Source: Eledone cirrhosa | Taxonomy: Eukaryota | DNA length: 64,000 bases | Assembly (NCBI GenBank): GCA_964016885.1 | Contig: OZ024741.1 | Coordinates: 10,416,001 to 10,480,000 of the forward strand | Direction of reading: 5' to 3' | In this document: piece after piece, positions 37,501 through 49,400 of the stretch | Numbering within the stretch: position 1 is the stretch's first letter | Layout: each line of letters opens with the position of its first letter | Program-made: the position numbers and the translations under genes | The notes under the pieces: model-generated | Databases searched by the model: none | What the model was told of the DNA's origin: nothing | The model's input: only the letters and a program-made list of their open reading frames with translations

Positions 37501-39320
37501 TGGAGGTGTTGGTGTTGCTGGTGGTGGTGGTGGTGGTGGTGGTGATAGTGGTGGAGTTGATGGTGTTGGTGTTGTTGGTGGTGGTGGTGATAGCGGTGGA
37601 GGTGGTGGTGTTGGTGTTGTTGGTGGTGGAGGTGATAGTGGTGGAGGTGGTGGTGTTGGTGTTGTTAGTGGTGATAGTGGTGGAGGTGGTAGTGTTGGTG
37701 TCGTTGGTGGTGGTGGTGATAGTGGTGGAGGTGGTGGTGTTGGTGTTGTTGGTGGTGATAGTGGTGGAGGTGGTAGTGTTGGTGTCGTTGGTGGTGGTGG
37801 CGATAGTGGTGGAGGTGGTGGTATTGGTGTCGTTGGTGTTGGTGGTGATAGTGGTGGAGGTGGTGGTGTTGGTGTTGTTGGTGGTGAAGGTGATAGTGGT
37901 GGAGGTGGTGGTGTTGGTGTCGTTGGTGTTGGTAGTGATACTGGTGGAGGTGGTGGTGTTGGTGTTGTTGGTGGTGGTGGTGATAGTGGTGGAGGTGGTG
38001 GTGTTGGTGTTGTTGGTGGTGGTGGTGATTGTGGTGGAGGTGGAGGTGTTGGTGTTGTTGGTGGTGGTGGTGGTGGAGTTGATGGTGTTGGTGTTGTTGG
38101 TGGTGGTGGTGATAGTGGTGGAGGTGGAGGTGTTGGTGTTGCTGGTGGTGGTGGTGGTGGTGGTGATAGTGGTGGAGTTGATGGTGTTGGTGTTGTTGGT
38201 GGTGGTGGTGATAGTGGTGGAGGTGGTGGTGTTGGTGTTGTTGGTGGTGGTGGTGATAGTGGTGGAGGTGGTGGTGTAGGTGTTGTTGGTGGTGGAGGTG
38301 ATAGTGGTGGAGGTGGTGGTGTTGGTGTCGTTGGTGGTGGTGGTGGTGGTGGTGATAGTGGTGGAGGTGGTGGTGTTGGTGTTGTTGGTGGTGGTGGTGA
38401 CAGTGGTGGTGGTGGTAGCGTTGGTGTTGTTGGTGGTGGTGGTGATAGTGGTGGAGGTGGAGGTGTTGGTGTTGTTGGTGGTGGTGGTGATAGTGGCGGA
38501 GGTGGTGGTGTTGGTGTCGTTGGTGGTGGTGGTGATAGTGGTGGAGGTGGTGGTGTTGGTGTTGTTGGTGGTGGTGGTGATAGTGGTGGAGGTGGAGGTG
38601 TTGTTGTTGTTGGTGGTGATAGTGGTGGAGGTGGTAGTGTTGGTGTTGTTGGTGGTGGTGGTGATAGTGGTGGAGTGCTGGTGTTTGTGTCGTTGGTGGT
38701 GATAGTGGTGGAGGTGGTGGTGTTGGTGTTGTTGGTGGTGGTGGTGATAGTGGTGGAGGTCGTTGTGTTGGTGTTGTTGGTGGTGGTGGTGATAGTGGTG
38801 GAGTTGATGGTGTTGGTGTTGGTGGTGGTGGTGATAGTGGTGGAGGGGGTAGTGTTGGTGTTGTTGGTGGTGCTGGTGATAGTGGTGGAGGTGGTGGTGT
38901 TGGTGTTGTTGGTGGTGATAGTGGTGGAGGTGGTAGTGTTGGTGTCGTTGGTGGTGGTGGTGGTGGTGGTGATAGTGGTGGAGGTGGTGGTGTTAGTGTT
39001 GTTGGTGGTGGTGGTGGTGGTGTTGGTGTTGTTGGTGGTGGTGTTGATAGTGGTGGAGGTGGTGGTGTTGGTGTTGTTGGTGGTGGTGGTGATAGTGGTG
39101 GAGGTCGTTGTGTTGGTGTTGTTGGTGGTGGTGGTGATAGTGGTGGAGTTGATGTTGTTGGTGTTGTTGGTGGTGGTGGTGATATTGGTGGAGGGGGTAG
39201 TGTTGGTGTTGATGGTGGTGGTGATAGTGGTGGAGGTGGAGGTGTTGGTGTTGTTGGTGGTGATAGTGGTGCAGGTGGATTGTGTTGGTGTCGTTGGTGG
39301 TGGTGGTGGTGGTGGTGATA
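31440..39320. repeat. Higher-order block L, copy 3, with an internal 1191-bp duplication
   Basis: Same marker series (32221, 33348, 35000). AGCGGT at 36401 and 37592, and ORF starts 37089 and 38280, give the 1191-bp internal repeat. Confidence 0.9.
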
Positions 39321-42300
39321 GTGGTGGAGGTGGTGGTGTTGGTGTTGTTGGTGGTGGTGGTGATAGTGGTCGAGGTGGTGGTGTTGGTGTTGTTGGCGGT
39401 GGTGGTGGTGATAGTGGTCGAGGTGGTGGTGTTGGTGTTGTTGGCGGTGGTGGTGGTGATAGTGGTGGAGGTGGTGGTGTTGGTGTTTTTGGTGGTGGTG
39501 GTGATAGTGGTGGAGGTGGTGGTGTAGGTGCTGTTGGTGGTGGAGGTGATAGTGGTGGAGAAGGTGGTGTTGGTGTTGTTGGTGGTGATAGTGGTGGAGG
39601 TGGTGGTGTTGGTGTTGTTGGTGGTGGTGGTTATAGTGGTGGAGGTGGTGGTGTTGGTGTCGTTGGTGGTGGTGGTTATAGTGGTGGAGGTGGTGGTGTT
39701 GGTGTCGTTGGTGGTGGTGGTGATAGTGGTGAAGGTGGTGGTGCTGGTGTTGTTGGTGGTGGTGGTGATAGTGGTGGAGGTGGAGGTGTTGGTGTTGTTG
39801 GTGGTGGTGGTGATAGTGGTGGAGGTGGTGGTGTTGATGTCGTTGGTGGTGGTGTTGGTGTTGTTGGTGGTGGTGGTGATAGTGGTGGAGGTGGAGGGGG
39901 TAGTGTTGGTGTTGTTGGTGGTGGTGGTGATAGTGGTGGAGGTGGTGGTGATAGTGGTGGAGGTGGTGGTGTTGGTGTTGTTGGTGGTGATAGTGGTGGA
40001 GGGGGTAGTGTTGGTGTTGTTGTTGGTGGTGGTGATAGTGGTGGAGGTGGTGGTGTTGGTGTCGTTGGTGGTGGTGGTGATAGTGGTGGAGGTGGAGGTG
40101 TTGGTGTTGTTGGTGGTGGTGGTGATAGAGGTGGAGGTGGTGGTGTTGTTGTTGTTGGTGGTGGTGGTGATAGTGGTGGAGGGGGTAGTGTTGGTGTCGT
40201 TGGTGGTGGTGGTGATAGTGGTGGAGGTGGAGGTGTTGGTGTTGTTGGTGGTGGTGGTGATAGTGGTGGAGGTGGTGGTGTTGGTGTTGTTGGTTGTGGT
40301 GGTGATAGTGGTGGAGGTGGAGGGGGTAGTGTTGGTGTTGTTGGTGGTGGTGGTGATAGTGGTGGAGGTGGTGGTGTAGGTGTTGTTGGTGGTGGTGGTG
40401 ATAGTGGTGGAGGTGGTGGTGTTGGTGTTGTTGGTGGTGGTGGTGATAGTGGTGGAGGTGGTGGTGTTGGTGTTGTTGGTGGTGGTGGTGATAGTGGTGG
40501 AGGTGGTGGTGTTGGTGTTGTTGGTGGTGGTGGTGATAGTGGTGGAGGGGGTAGTGTTAGTGGTGGTGGTGATAGTGGTGGAGGTGGTGGTGTTGGTGTC
40601 GTTGGTGGTGCTGGTGATAGTGGTGGAGGTGGTGGTGTTGGTGTTGTTGGTGGTGGAGGTGATAGTGGTGGAGGTTGAGGTGTTGGTGTTGTTGGTGGTG
40701 GTGGTGATAGTGGTGGAGGTGGTGGTGTTGGTGTTGTTGGTGGTGGTGGTGATAGTGGTGGAGGGGGTAGTGTTAGTGGTGGTGGTGATAGTGGTGGAGG
40801 TGGTGGTGTTGGTGTCGTTGGTGGTGCTGGTGATAGTGGTGGAGGTGGTGGTGTTGGTGTTGTTGGTGGTGGAGGTGATAGTGGTGGAGGTTGAGGTGTT
40901 GGTGTCGTTGCTGGTGGTGGTGATAGTGGTGGAGGGGGTAGTGTTGGTGTCGTTGCTGGTGGTGGTGATAATGGTGGAGGGGGTAGTGTTGGTGTTGTTG
41001 GTGGAGGTGGTGATAGTGGTGGAGGTGGTGGTGTAGGTGTTGTTGGTGGTGGTGGTGATAGTGGTGGAGGTGGTGGTGTTGGTGTTGTTGGTGGTGGTGG
41101 TGATAGTGGTGGAGGTGGTGGTGTAGGTGTTGTTGGTGGTGGAGGTGATAGTGGTGGAGAAGGTGGTGTTGGTGTTGTTGGTGGTGGTGGTGATAGTGTT
41201 GGAGGTGGAGGTGTTGGTGTTGTTGGTGGTGGTTGTGATAGTGGTGGAGGTGGTGGTGTTGGTGTCGTTGGTGGTGGTGGTGATAGTGGTGGAGGGGGTA
41301 GTGTTGGTGTTGTTGGTGGTGGTGGTGATAGTGGTGGAGGTGGTGGTGTTGGTGTCGTTGGTGGTGGTGGTGATAGTGGTGGAGGTGGTGGTGTTGGTGT
41401 TGTTGGTGGTGGAGGTGATAGTGGTGGAGGTGGAGGTGTTGGTGTTGTTGTTGGTGGTGGTGATAGTGGTGGAGTTGGTGTTGTTGGTGGTGGTGGTGAT
41501 AGTGGTGGAGGTGGTGGAGTTGGTGTCGTTGGTGGTGGTGGTGATAGTGGTGGAGGTGGTGGTGTTGGTGTCGTTGCTGGTGGTGGTGATAGTGGTGGAG
41601 GGGGTAGTGTTGGTGTCGTTGCTGGTGGTGGTGATAGTGGTGGAGGGGGTAGTGTTGGTGTCGTTGGTGGTGGTGGTGATAGTGGTGGAGAGGGTAGTGT
41701 TGGTGTCGTTGCTGGTGGTGGTGATAGTGGTGGAGGGGGTAGTGTTGGTGTCGTTGGTGGTGGTGGTGATAGTAGTGGAGGTGGTGTTGTTGGTGTCGTT
41801 GCTGGTGGTGGTGATAGTGGTGGAGGGGGTAGTGTTGGTGTCGTTGCTGGTGGTGGTGATAGTGGTGGAGGGGGTAGTGTTGGTGTCGTTGGTGGTGGTG
41901 GTGATAGTGGTGGAGAGGGTAGTGTTGGTGTCGTTGCTGGTGGTGGTGATAGTGGTGGAGGGGGTAGTGTTGGTGTCGTTGGTGGTGGTGGTGATAGTAG
42001 TGGAGGTGGTGTTGTTGGTGTCGTTGGTGGTGGTGGTGATAGTGGTGGAGGGGGTAGTGTTGTTATTGTTGGTGGTGGTGGTGATAGTGCTGGAGGTGGT
42101 TGTGTTGGTGTTGTTGGTGGTGGTGGTGATAGTGGTGGAGGTGGTGGTGTTGGTGTTGTTGGTGGTGGTGGTGATAGTGGTGGAGGGGGTAGTGTTGTTA
42201 TTGTTGGTGGTGGTGGTGATAGTGGTGGAGGTGGTGGTGTTGGTGTTGTTGGTGGTGGTGGTGATAGTGGTGGAGGTGGTGGTGTTGGTGTTGTTGGTGG

Positions 42301-45300
42301 TGGTGGTGATAGTGGTGGTGTTGGTGGTGTTGGTGTCGTTGCTGGTGGTGGTGATAGTGGTGGTGGTGGTGGTGGTGTTGGTGTTGTTGGTGGCGGTGGT
42401 GATAGTGGTGGAGAGGGTAGTGTTGGTGTTGTTGGTGGTGGAGGTGATAGTGCTGGAGGTGGAGGTGTTGGTGTTGTTGGTGGTGGTGGTGATAGTGGTG
42501 GAGGTGGTGGTGTTTGTGTCGTTGGTGGTGATAGTGGTGGAGGTGGTGGTGTTGGTGTTGTTGGTGGTGGTGGTGATATTGGTGGAGGTGGAGGTGTTGG
42601 TGTTGTTGGTGGTGGTGGTGATAGTGGTGGAGGTGGAGGTGTTGGTGTTGTTGGTGGTGGTGTTGATAGTGGTGGAGGTGGTGGTGTTTGTGTCGTTGGT
42701 GGTGATAGTGGTGGAGGTGGTGGTGTTGGTGTTGTTGGTGGTGGTGTTGATAGTGGTGGAGGTAGTGGTGTTGGTGTTGTTGGTGGTGGTGGTGATAGTG
42801 GTGGAGGTCGTTGTGTTGATGTTGTTGGTGGTGGTGGTGATAGTGGTGGAGGGGGTAGTGTTGGTGTTGGTGGTGGTGGTGATAGTGGTGGAGGTGGTGG
42901 TGTTGGTGTTGTTGGTGGTGGTGGTGATAGTGGTGGAGGTGGTGGTGTTTGTGTTGTTGGTGGTGGTGGTGATAATGGTGGAGGGGGTAGTGTTGGTGTT
43001 GTTGGTGGTGGTGGTGATAGTGGTGGAGGTGGTGGTGTTGGTGTCGTTGGTGGTGGTGGTGATAGTGGTGGAGGTGGAGGTGTTGGTGTTGTTGCTGGTG
43101 GTGGTGATAATGGTGGAGGTGGTGGTGTTGGTGTTGTTGGTGGTGGTGGTGATAGTGGTGGAGGGGGTAGTGTTGGTGTTGTTGGTGGTGGTGGTGATAG
43201 TGGTGGAGGGGGTAGTGTTGGTGTTGTTGGTGGTGGTGGTGATAGTGGTGGAGGTGGTGGTGTTGGTGTCGTTGGTGGTGGTGGTGATAGTGGTGGAGGT
43301 GGAGGTGTTGGTGTTGTTGGTGGTGGTGGTGATAGTGGTGGAGGTGGAGGTGTTGGTGTTGTTGGTGGTGGTGGTGGTGGTGGTGATAGTGGTGGAGGTG
43401 GTGGTGTTGGTGTTGTTGGTGGTGGTGGTCATAGTGGTGGAGGTGGTGGTGTTGGTGTTGTTGGTGGTGGTGGTGATAGTGGTGGAGGTGGAGGGGGTAG
43501 TGTTGGTGTTGTTGGTGGTGGTGGTGATAGTGGTGGAGGTGGTGGTGTAGGTGATAGTGGTGGAGAAGGTGGTGTTGGTGTTGTTGGTGGTGGTGGTGAT
43601 AGTAGTGGAGGTGGAGGTGTTGGTGTTGTTGGTGGTGGTGGTGATAGTGGTGGAGGTGGTGGTGTTGGTGTCGTTGGTGGTGGTGGTGATAGTGGTGAAG
43701 GTGGTGGTGTTGGTGTTGTTGGTGGTGGTGGTGATAGTGGTGGAGGTGGAGGTGTTGGTGTTGTTGGTGGTGGTGGTGATAGTGGTGGAGGTGGTGGTGT
43801 TGATGTCGTTGGTGGTGGTGGTGATAGTGGTGGAGGTGGTGGTGTTGGTGTTGTTGGTGGTGGTGGTGACAGTGGTGGAGGTGGAGGGGGTAGTGTTGGT
43901 GTTGTTGGTGGTGGTGATGATAGTGGTGGAGGTGGTGGTGATAGTGGTGGAGGTGGTGGTGATAGTGTTGTTGGTGGTGGTGGTGATAGTGGTGGAGGTG
44001 GTGGTGTTGGTGTTGTTGGTGGTGGTGGTGATAGTGGTGGAGGTGGAGGGGGTAGTGTTGGTGTTGTTGGTGGTGGTGGTGATAGTGGTGGAGGTGGTGG
44101 TGATAGTGGTGGAGGTGGTGGTGTTGGTGTTGTTGGTGGTGGTGGTGATAGTGGTGGAGGGGGTAGTGTTGGTGTTGTTGGTGGTGGTGGTGATAGTGGT
44201 GGAGGTGGTGGTGTTGGTGTCGTTGGTGGTGGTGGTGATAGTGGTGGAGGTGGAGGTGTTGGTGTTGTTGGTGGTGGTGGTGATAGTTGTGGAGGTGGTG
44301 GTGTTGTTGTTGTTGGTGGTGGTGGTGATAGTGGTGGAGGGGGTAGTGTTGGTGTCGTTGGTGGTGGTGGTGATAGTGGTGGAGGTGGAGGTGTTGGTGT
44401 TGTTGGTGGTGGTGGTGGTGATAGTGGTGGAGGTGGTGGTGTTGGTGTTGTTGGTGGTGGTGGTGATAGTGGTGGAGGTGGTGGTGTTGGTGTTGTTGGT
44501 TGTGGTGGTGATAGTGGTGGAGGTGGAGGGGGTAGTGTTGGTGTTGTTGGTGGTGGTGGTGATAGTGGTGGAGGTGGTGGTGTAGGTGTTGTTGGTGGTG
44601 GTGGTGATAGTGGTGGAGGTGGTGGTGTTGGTGTTGTTGGTGGTGGTGGTGATAGTGGTGGAGGTGGTGGTGTTGGTGTTGTTGGTGGTGGTGGTGATAG
44701 TGGTGGAGGTGGTGGTGTTGGTGTTGTTGGTGGTGGTGGTGATAGTGGTGGAGGGGGTAGTTTTGGTGTTGTTGGTGGTGGTGGTGATAGTGGTGGAGGT
44801 GGTGGTGTTGGTGTCGTTGGTGGTGGTGGTGATAGTGGTGGAGGTGGTGGTGTTGGTGTCGTTGCTGGTGGTGGTGATAGTGGTGGAGTTGGTGTTGTTG
44901 GTGGTGGTGGTGATAGTGGTGGAGGTGGTGGAGTTGGTGTCGTTGGTGGTGGTGGTGATAGTAGTGGAGGTGGTGGTGTTGGTGTCGTTGCTGGTGGTGG
45001 TGATAGTGGTGGAGGGGGTAGTGTTGGTGTCGTTGCTGGTGGTGGTGATAGTTGTGGAGGGGGTAGTGTTGGTGTTGTTGGTGGTGGTGGTGATAGTGGT
45101 GGAGGTGGTGGTGTTGGTGTTGTTGGTGGTGGTGGTGATAGTGGTGGAGGTGGTGGTGTAGGTGTTGTTGGTGGTGGTGGTGATAGTGGTGGAGGTGGTG
45201 GTGTTGGTGTTGTTGGTGGTGGTGGTGATAGTGGTGGAGGTGGTGGTGTAGGTGTTGTTGGTGGTGGAGGTGATAGTGGTGGAGAAGGTGGTGTTGGTGT

Positions 45301-46453
45301 TGTTAGTGGTGGTGGTGATAGTGTTGGAGGTGGAGGTGTTGGTGTTGTTGGTGGTGGTGGTGATAGTGGTGGAGGTGGTGGTGTTGGTGTCGTTGGTGGT
45401 GGTGGTGATAGTGGTGAAGGTGGTGGTGTTGGTGTTGTTGGTGGTGGTGGTGATAGTGGTGGAGGTGGAGGTGTTGGTGTTGCTGGTGGTGGTGGTGATA
45501 GTGGTGGAGGTGGTGGTGTTGATGTCGTTGGTGGTGGTGGTGATAGTGGTGGAGGTGGTGGTGTTGGTGTTGTTGGTGGTGGAGGTGATAGTGCTGGAGG
45601 TGGAGGTGTTGGTGTTGTTGGTGGTGGTGGTGATAGTGGTGGAGGTGGTGGTGTTTGTGTCGTTGATGGTGATAGTGGTGGAGGTGGTGGTGTTGGTGTT
45701 GTTGGTGGTGGTGGTGATAGTGGTGGAGGTGGAGGTGTTGGTGTTGTTGGTGGTGGTGGTGATAGTGGTGGAGGTGGAGGTGTTGGTGTTGTTGGTGGTG
45801 GTGTTGATAGTGGTGGAGGTGGTGGTGTTTGTGTCGTTGGTGGTGATAGTGTTGGAGGTGGTGGTGTTGGTGTTGTTGGTGGTGGTGTTGATAGTGGTGG
45901 AGGTAGTGGTGTTGGTGTTGTTGGTGGTGGTGGTGATAGTGGTGGAGGTCGTTGTGTTGGTGTTGTTGGAGTTGGTGGTGATAGTGGTGGAGGGGGTAGT
46001 GTTGGTGTTGGTGGTGGTGGTGATAGTGGTGGAGGTGGTGGTGTTGGTGTTGTTGGTGGTGGTGGTGATAGTGGTGGAGGTGGTGGTGTTGGTGTTGTTG
46101 GTGGTGGTGGTGATAGTGGTGGAGGGGGTAGTGTTGGTGTTGTTGTTGGTGGTGGTGATAGTGGTGGAGGTGGTGGTCTTGGTGTCGTTGGTGGTGGTGG
46201 TGATAGTGGTGGAGGTGGAGGTGTTGGTGTTGTTGCTGGTGGTGGTGATAGTGGTGGAGGTGGTGGTGTTGGTGTTGTTGGTGGTGGTGGTGATAGTGGT
46301 GGAGGGGGTAGTGTTGGTGTTGTTGGTGGTGGTGGTGATAGTGGTGGAGGTGGTGGTGTTGGTGTTGTTGGTGGTGGTGGTGATAGTGGTGGAGGTGGTG
46401 GTGTTGGTGTTGTTGGTGGTGATAGTGGTGGTGGTGGATTGTGTTGGTGTCAT
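38993..46453 (-). other. Longest repeat-derived ORF (2486 aa, (TTTSTTITTTTNNTN)n Thr/Asn-rich); probably not a gene
   Basis: The ORF lies wholly inside the array. Its ATG comes from a GTCATT variant. It has no signal peptide or non-repeat domain and ends in a frameshifted His/Gln tail. Confidence refers to it being a real CDS. Confidence 0.07.
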
Positions 46454-49400
46454 TGGTGCTGGTGGTGGTGGTGGTGATAGTGGTGGAGGTGGAGGTGTTG
46501 GTGTTGTTGTTGGTGGTGGTGGTGGTGGTGATAGTGGTGGAGGTGGTGGTGTTGGTGTTGTTGGTGGTGGTGGTGATAGTGGTGGAGGTGGTGGTGTTGG
46601 TGTTGTTGGTGGTGGTGGTGATAGTGGTGGAGGTGGAGGGGGTAGTGTTGGTGTTGTTGGTGGTGGTGGTGATAGTGGTGGAGGTGGTGGTGTAGGTGAT
46701 AGTGGTGGAGAAGGTGGTGTTGGTGTTGTTGGTGGTGGTGGTGATAGTGGTGGAGGTGGAGGTGTTGGTGTTGTTGGTGGTGGTGGTGATAGTGGTGGAG
46801 GTGGTGGTGTTGGTGTCGTTGGTGGTGGTGGTGATAGTGGTGAAGGTGGTGGTGTTGGTGTTGTTGGTGGTGGTGGTGATAGTGGTGGCGGTGGTGGTGT
46901 TGATGTGGTTGGTGGTGGTGGTGATAGTGGTGGAGGTGGTGGTGTTGGTGTTGTTGGTGGTGGTGGTGATAGTGGTGGAGGTGGAGGGGGTAGTGTTGGT
47001 GTTGTTGGTGGTGGTGATGATAGTGGTGGAGGTGGTGGTGATAGTGGTGGAGGTGGTGGTGATAGTGTTGTTGGTGGTGGTGGTGATAGTGGTGGAGGTG
47101 GTGGTGTTGGCGATGTTGGTGGTGGTGGTGATAGTGGTGGAGGTGGAGGGGGTAGTGTTGGTGTTGTTGGTGGTGGTGGTGATAGTGGTGGAGGTGGTGG
47201 TGATAGTGGTGGATGTGGTGGTGTTGGTGTTGTTGGTGGTGGTGGTGATAGTGGTGGAGGGGGTAGTGTTGGTGTTGTTGGTGGTGGTGGTGATAGTGGT
47301 GGAGGTGGTGGTGTTGGTGTCGTTGGTGGTGGTGGTGATAGTGGTGGAGGTGGAGGTGTTGGTGTTGTTGGTGGTGGTGGTGGTGGTGGTGATAGTGGTG
47401 GGGTTGATGGTGTTGGTGTAGTTGTTGGTGGTGGTGATAGTGGTGGAGGTGGAGGTGTTGGTGTTGCTGGTGGTGGTGGTGGTGGTGGTGATAGTGGTGG
47501 AGTTGATGGTGTTGGTGTTGTTGGTGGTGGTGGTGATAGCGGTGGAGGTGGTGGTGTTGGTGTTGTTGGTGGTGGTGGTGATAGTGGTGGAGGTGGTGGT
47601 GTTGGTGTTGTTGGTGGTGGAGGTGATAGTGGTGGAGGTGGTGGTGTTGGTGTTGTTAGTGGTGATAGTGGTGGAGGTGGTAGTGTTGGTGTCGTTGGTG
47701 GTGGTGGTGATAGTGGTGGAGTTGGTGGTGTTGGTGTGGTTGGTGGTGATAGTGGTGGAGGTGGTAGTGTTGGTGTCGTTGGTGGAGGTGGCGATAGTGG
47801 TGGAGGTGGTGGTATTGGTGTCGTTGATGTTGGTGGTGATAGTGGTGGAGGTGGTGGTGTTGGTGTTGTTGGTGGTGGAGGTGATAGTGGTGGAGGTGGT
47901 GGTGTTGGTGTTGTTGGTGGTGGAGGTGATAGTGGTGGAGGTGGTGGTGTTGGTGTCGTTGGTGTTGGTAGTGATACTGGTGGAGGTGGTGGTGTTGGTG
48001 TTGTTGGTGGTGGTGGTGATAGTGGTGGAGGTGGTGGTGTTGGTGTTGTTGGTGGTGGTGGTGATTGTGGTGGAGGTGGAGGTGTTGGTGTTGTTGGTGG
48101 TGGTGGTGGTGATAGTGGTGGAGTTGATGGTGTTGGTGTTGTTGGTGGTGGTGGTGATAGTGGTGGAGGTGGAGGTGTTGGTGTTGCTGGTGGTGGTGGT
48201 GGTGGTGGTGATAGTGGTGGAGTTGATGGTGTTGGTGTTGTTGGTGGTGGTGGTGATAGTGGTGGAGGTGGTGGTGTTGGTGTTGTTGGTGGTGTTGGTG
48301 ATAGTGGTGGAGGTGGTGGTGTTGGTGTTGTTGGTGGTGGTGGTGATAGTGGTGGAGGTGGAGGGGGTAGTGTTGGTGTTGTTGGTGGTGGTGGTGATAG
48401 TGGTGGAGGTGGTGGTGTAGGTGTTGTTGGTGGTGGAGGTGATAGTGGTGGAGGTGGTGGTGTTGGTGTCGTTGGTGGTGGTGGTGGTGGTGGTGATAGT
48501 GGTGGAGGTGGTGGTGCTGGTGTTGTTGGTAGTGGTGGTGATAGTGGTGGTGGTGGTAGCGTTGGTGTTGTTGGTGGTGGTGGTGATAGTGGTGGAGGTG
48601 GAGGTGTTGGTGTAGTTGGTGGTGGTGGTGATAGTGGTGGAGGTGGTGGTGTTGGTGTCGTTGGTGGTGGTGGTGATAGTGGTGGAGGTGGTGGTGTTGG
48701 TGTTGTTGGTGGTGGTGGTGATAGTGGTGGAGGTGGAGGTGTTGTTGTTGTTGGTGGTGATAGTGGTGGAGGTGGGAGTGTTGGTGTCGTTGGTGGTGGT
48801 GGTGATAGTGGTGGAGGTGGTGGTGTTGGTGTTGTTGGTGATGGTGGTGATAGTGGTGGAGGTGGAGGTGTTGGTGTTGTTGGTGGTGGTGGTGATAGTG
48901 GTGGAGTTGATGGTGTTGGTGTTGTTGGTGGTGGTGGTGATAGTGGTGGAGGGGGTAGTGTTGGTGTTGTTGGTGGTGCTGGTGATAGTGGTGGAGGTGG
49001 TGGTGTTGGTGTCGTTGGTGGTGATAGTGGTGGAGGTGGTGGTGTTGGTGTTGTTGGTGGTGGTGGTGATAGTGGTGGAGGTCGTTGTGTTGGTGTTGTT
49101 GGTGGTGGTGCTGATAGTGGTGGAGTTGATGGTGTTGGTGTTGTTGGTGGTGGTGGTGATAGTGGTGGAGGGGGTAGTGTTGGTGTTGTTGGTGGTGCTG
49201 GTGATAGTGGTGGAGGTGGTGGTGTTGGTGTTGTTGGTGGTGATAGTGGTGGAGGTGGTAGTGTTGGTGTCGTTGGTGGTGGTGGTGGTGGTGGTGTTAG
49301 TGGTGGAGGTGGTGGTGTTGGTGTTGTTGGTGGTGGTGGTGGTGGTGTTGGTGTTGTTGGTGGTGGTGTTGATAGTGGTGGAGGTGGTGGTGTTGGTGTT

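Noticed and set aside
40905-42350. Clusters of the E. coli Chi octamer GCTGGTGG, and GGAGGTGG resembling the Jeffreys minisatellite core
   Set aside because: Each is at most one substitution from the GGTGGTGG background and so expected by chance. Nothing suggests a bacterial RecBCD context.
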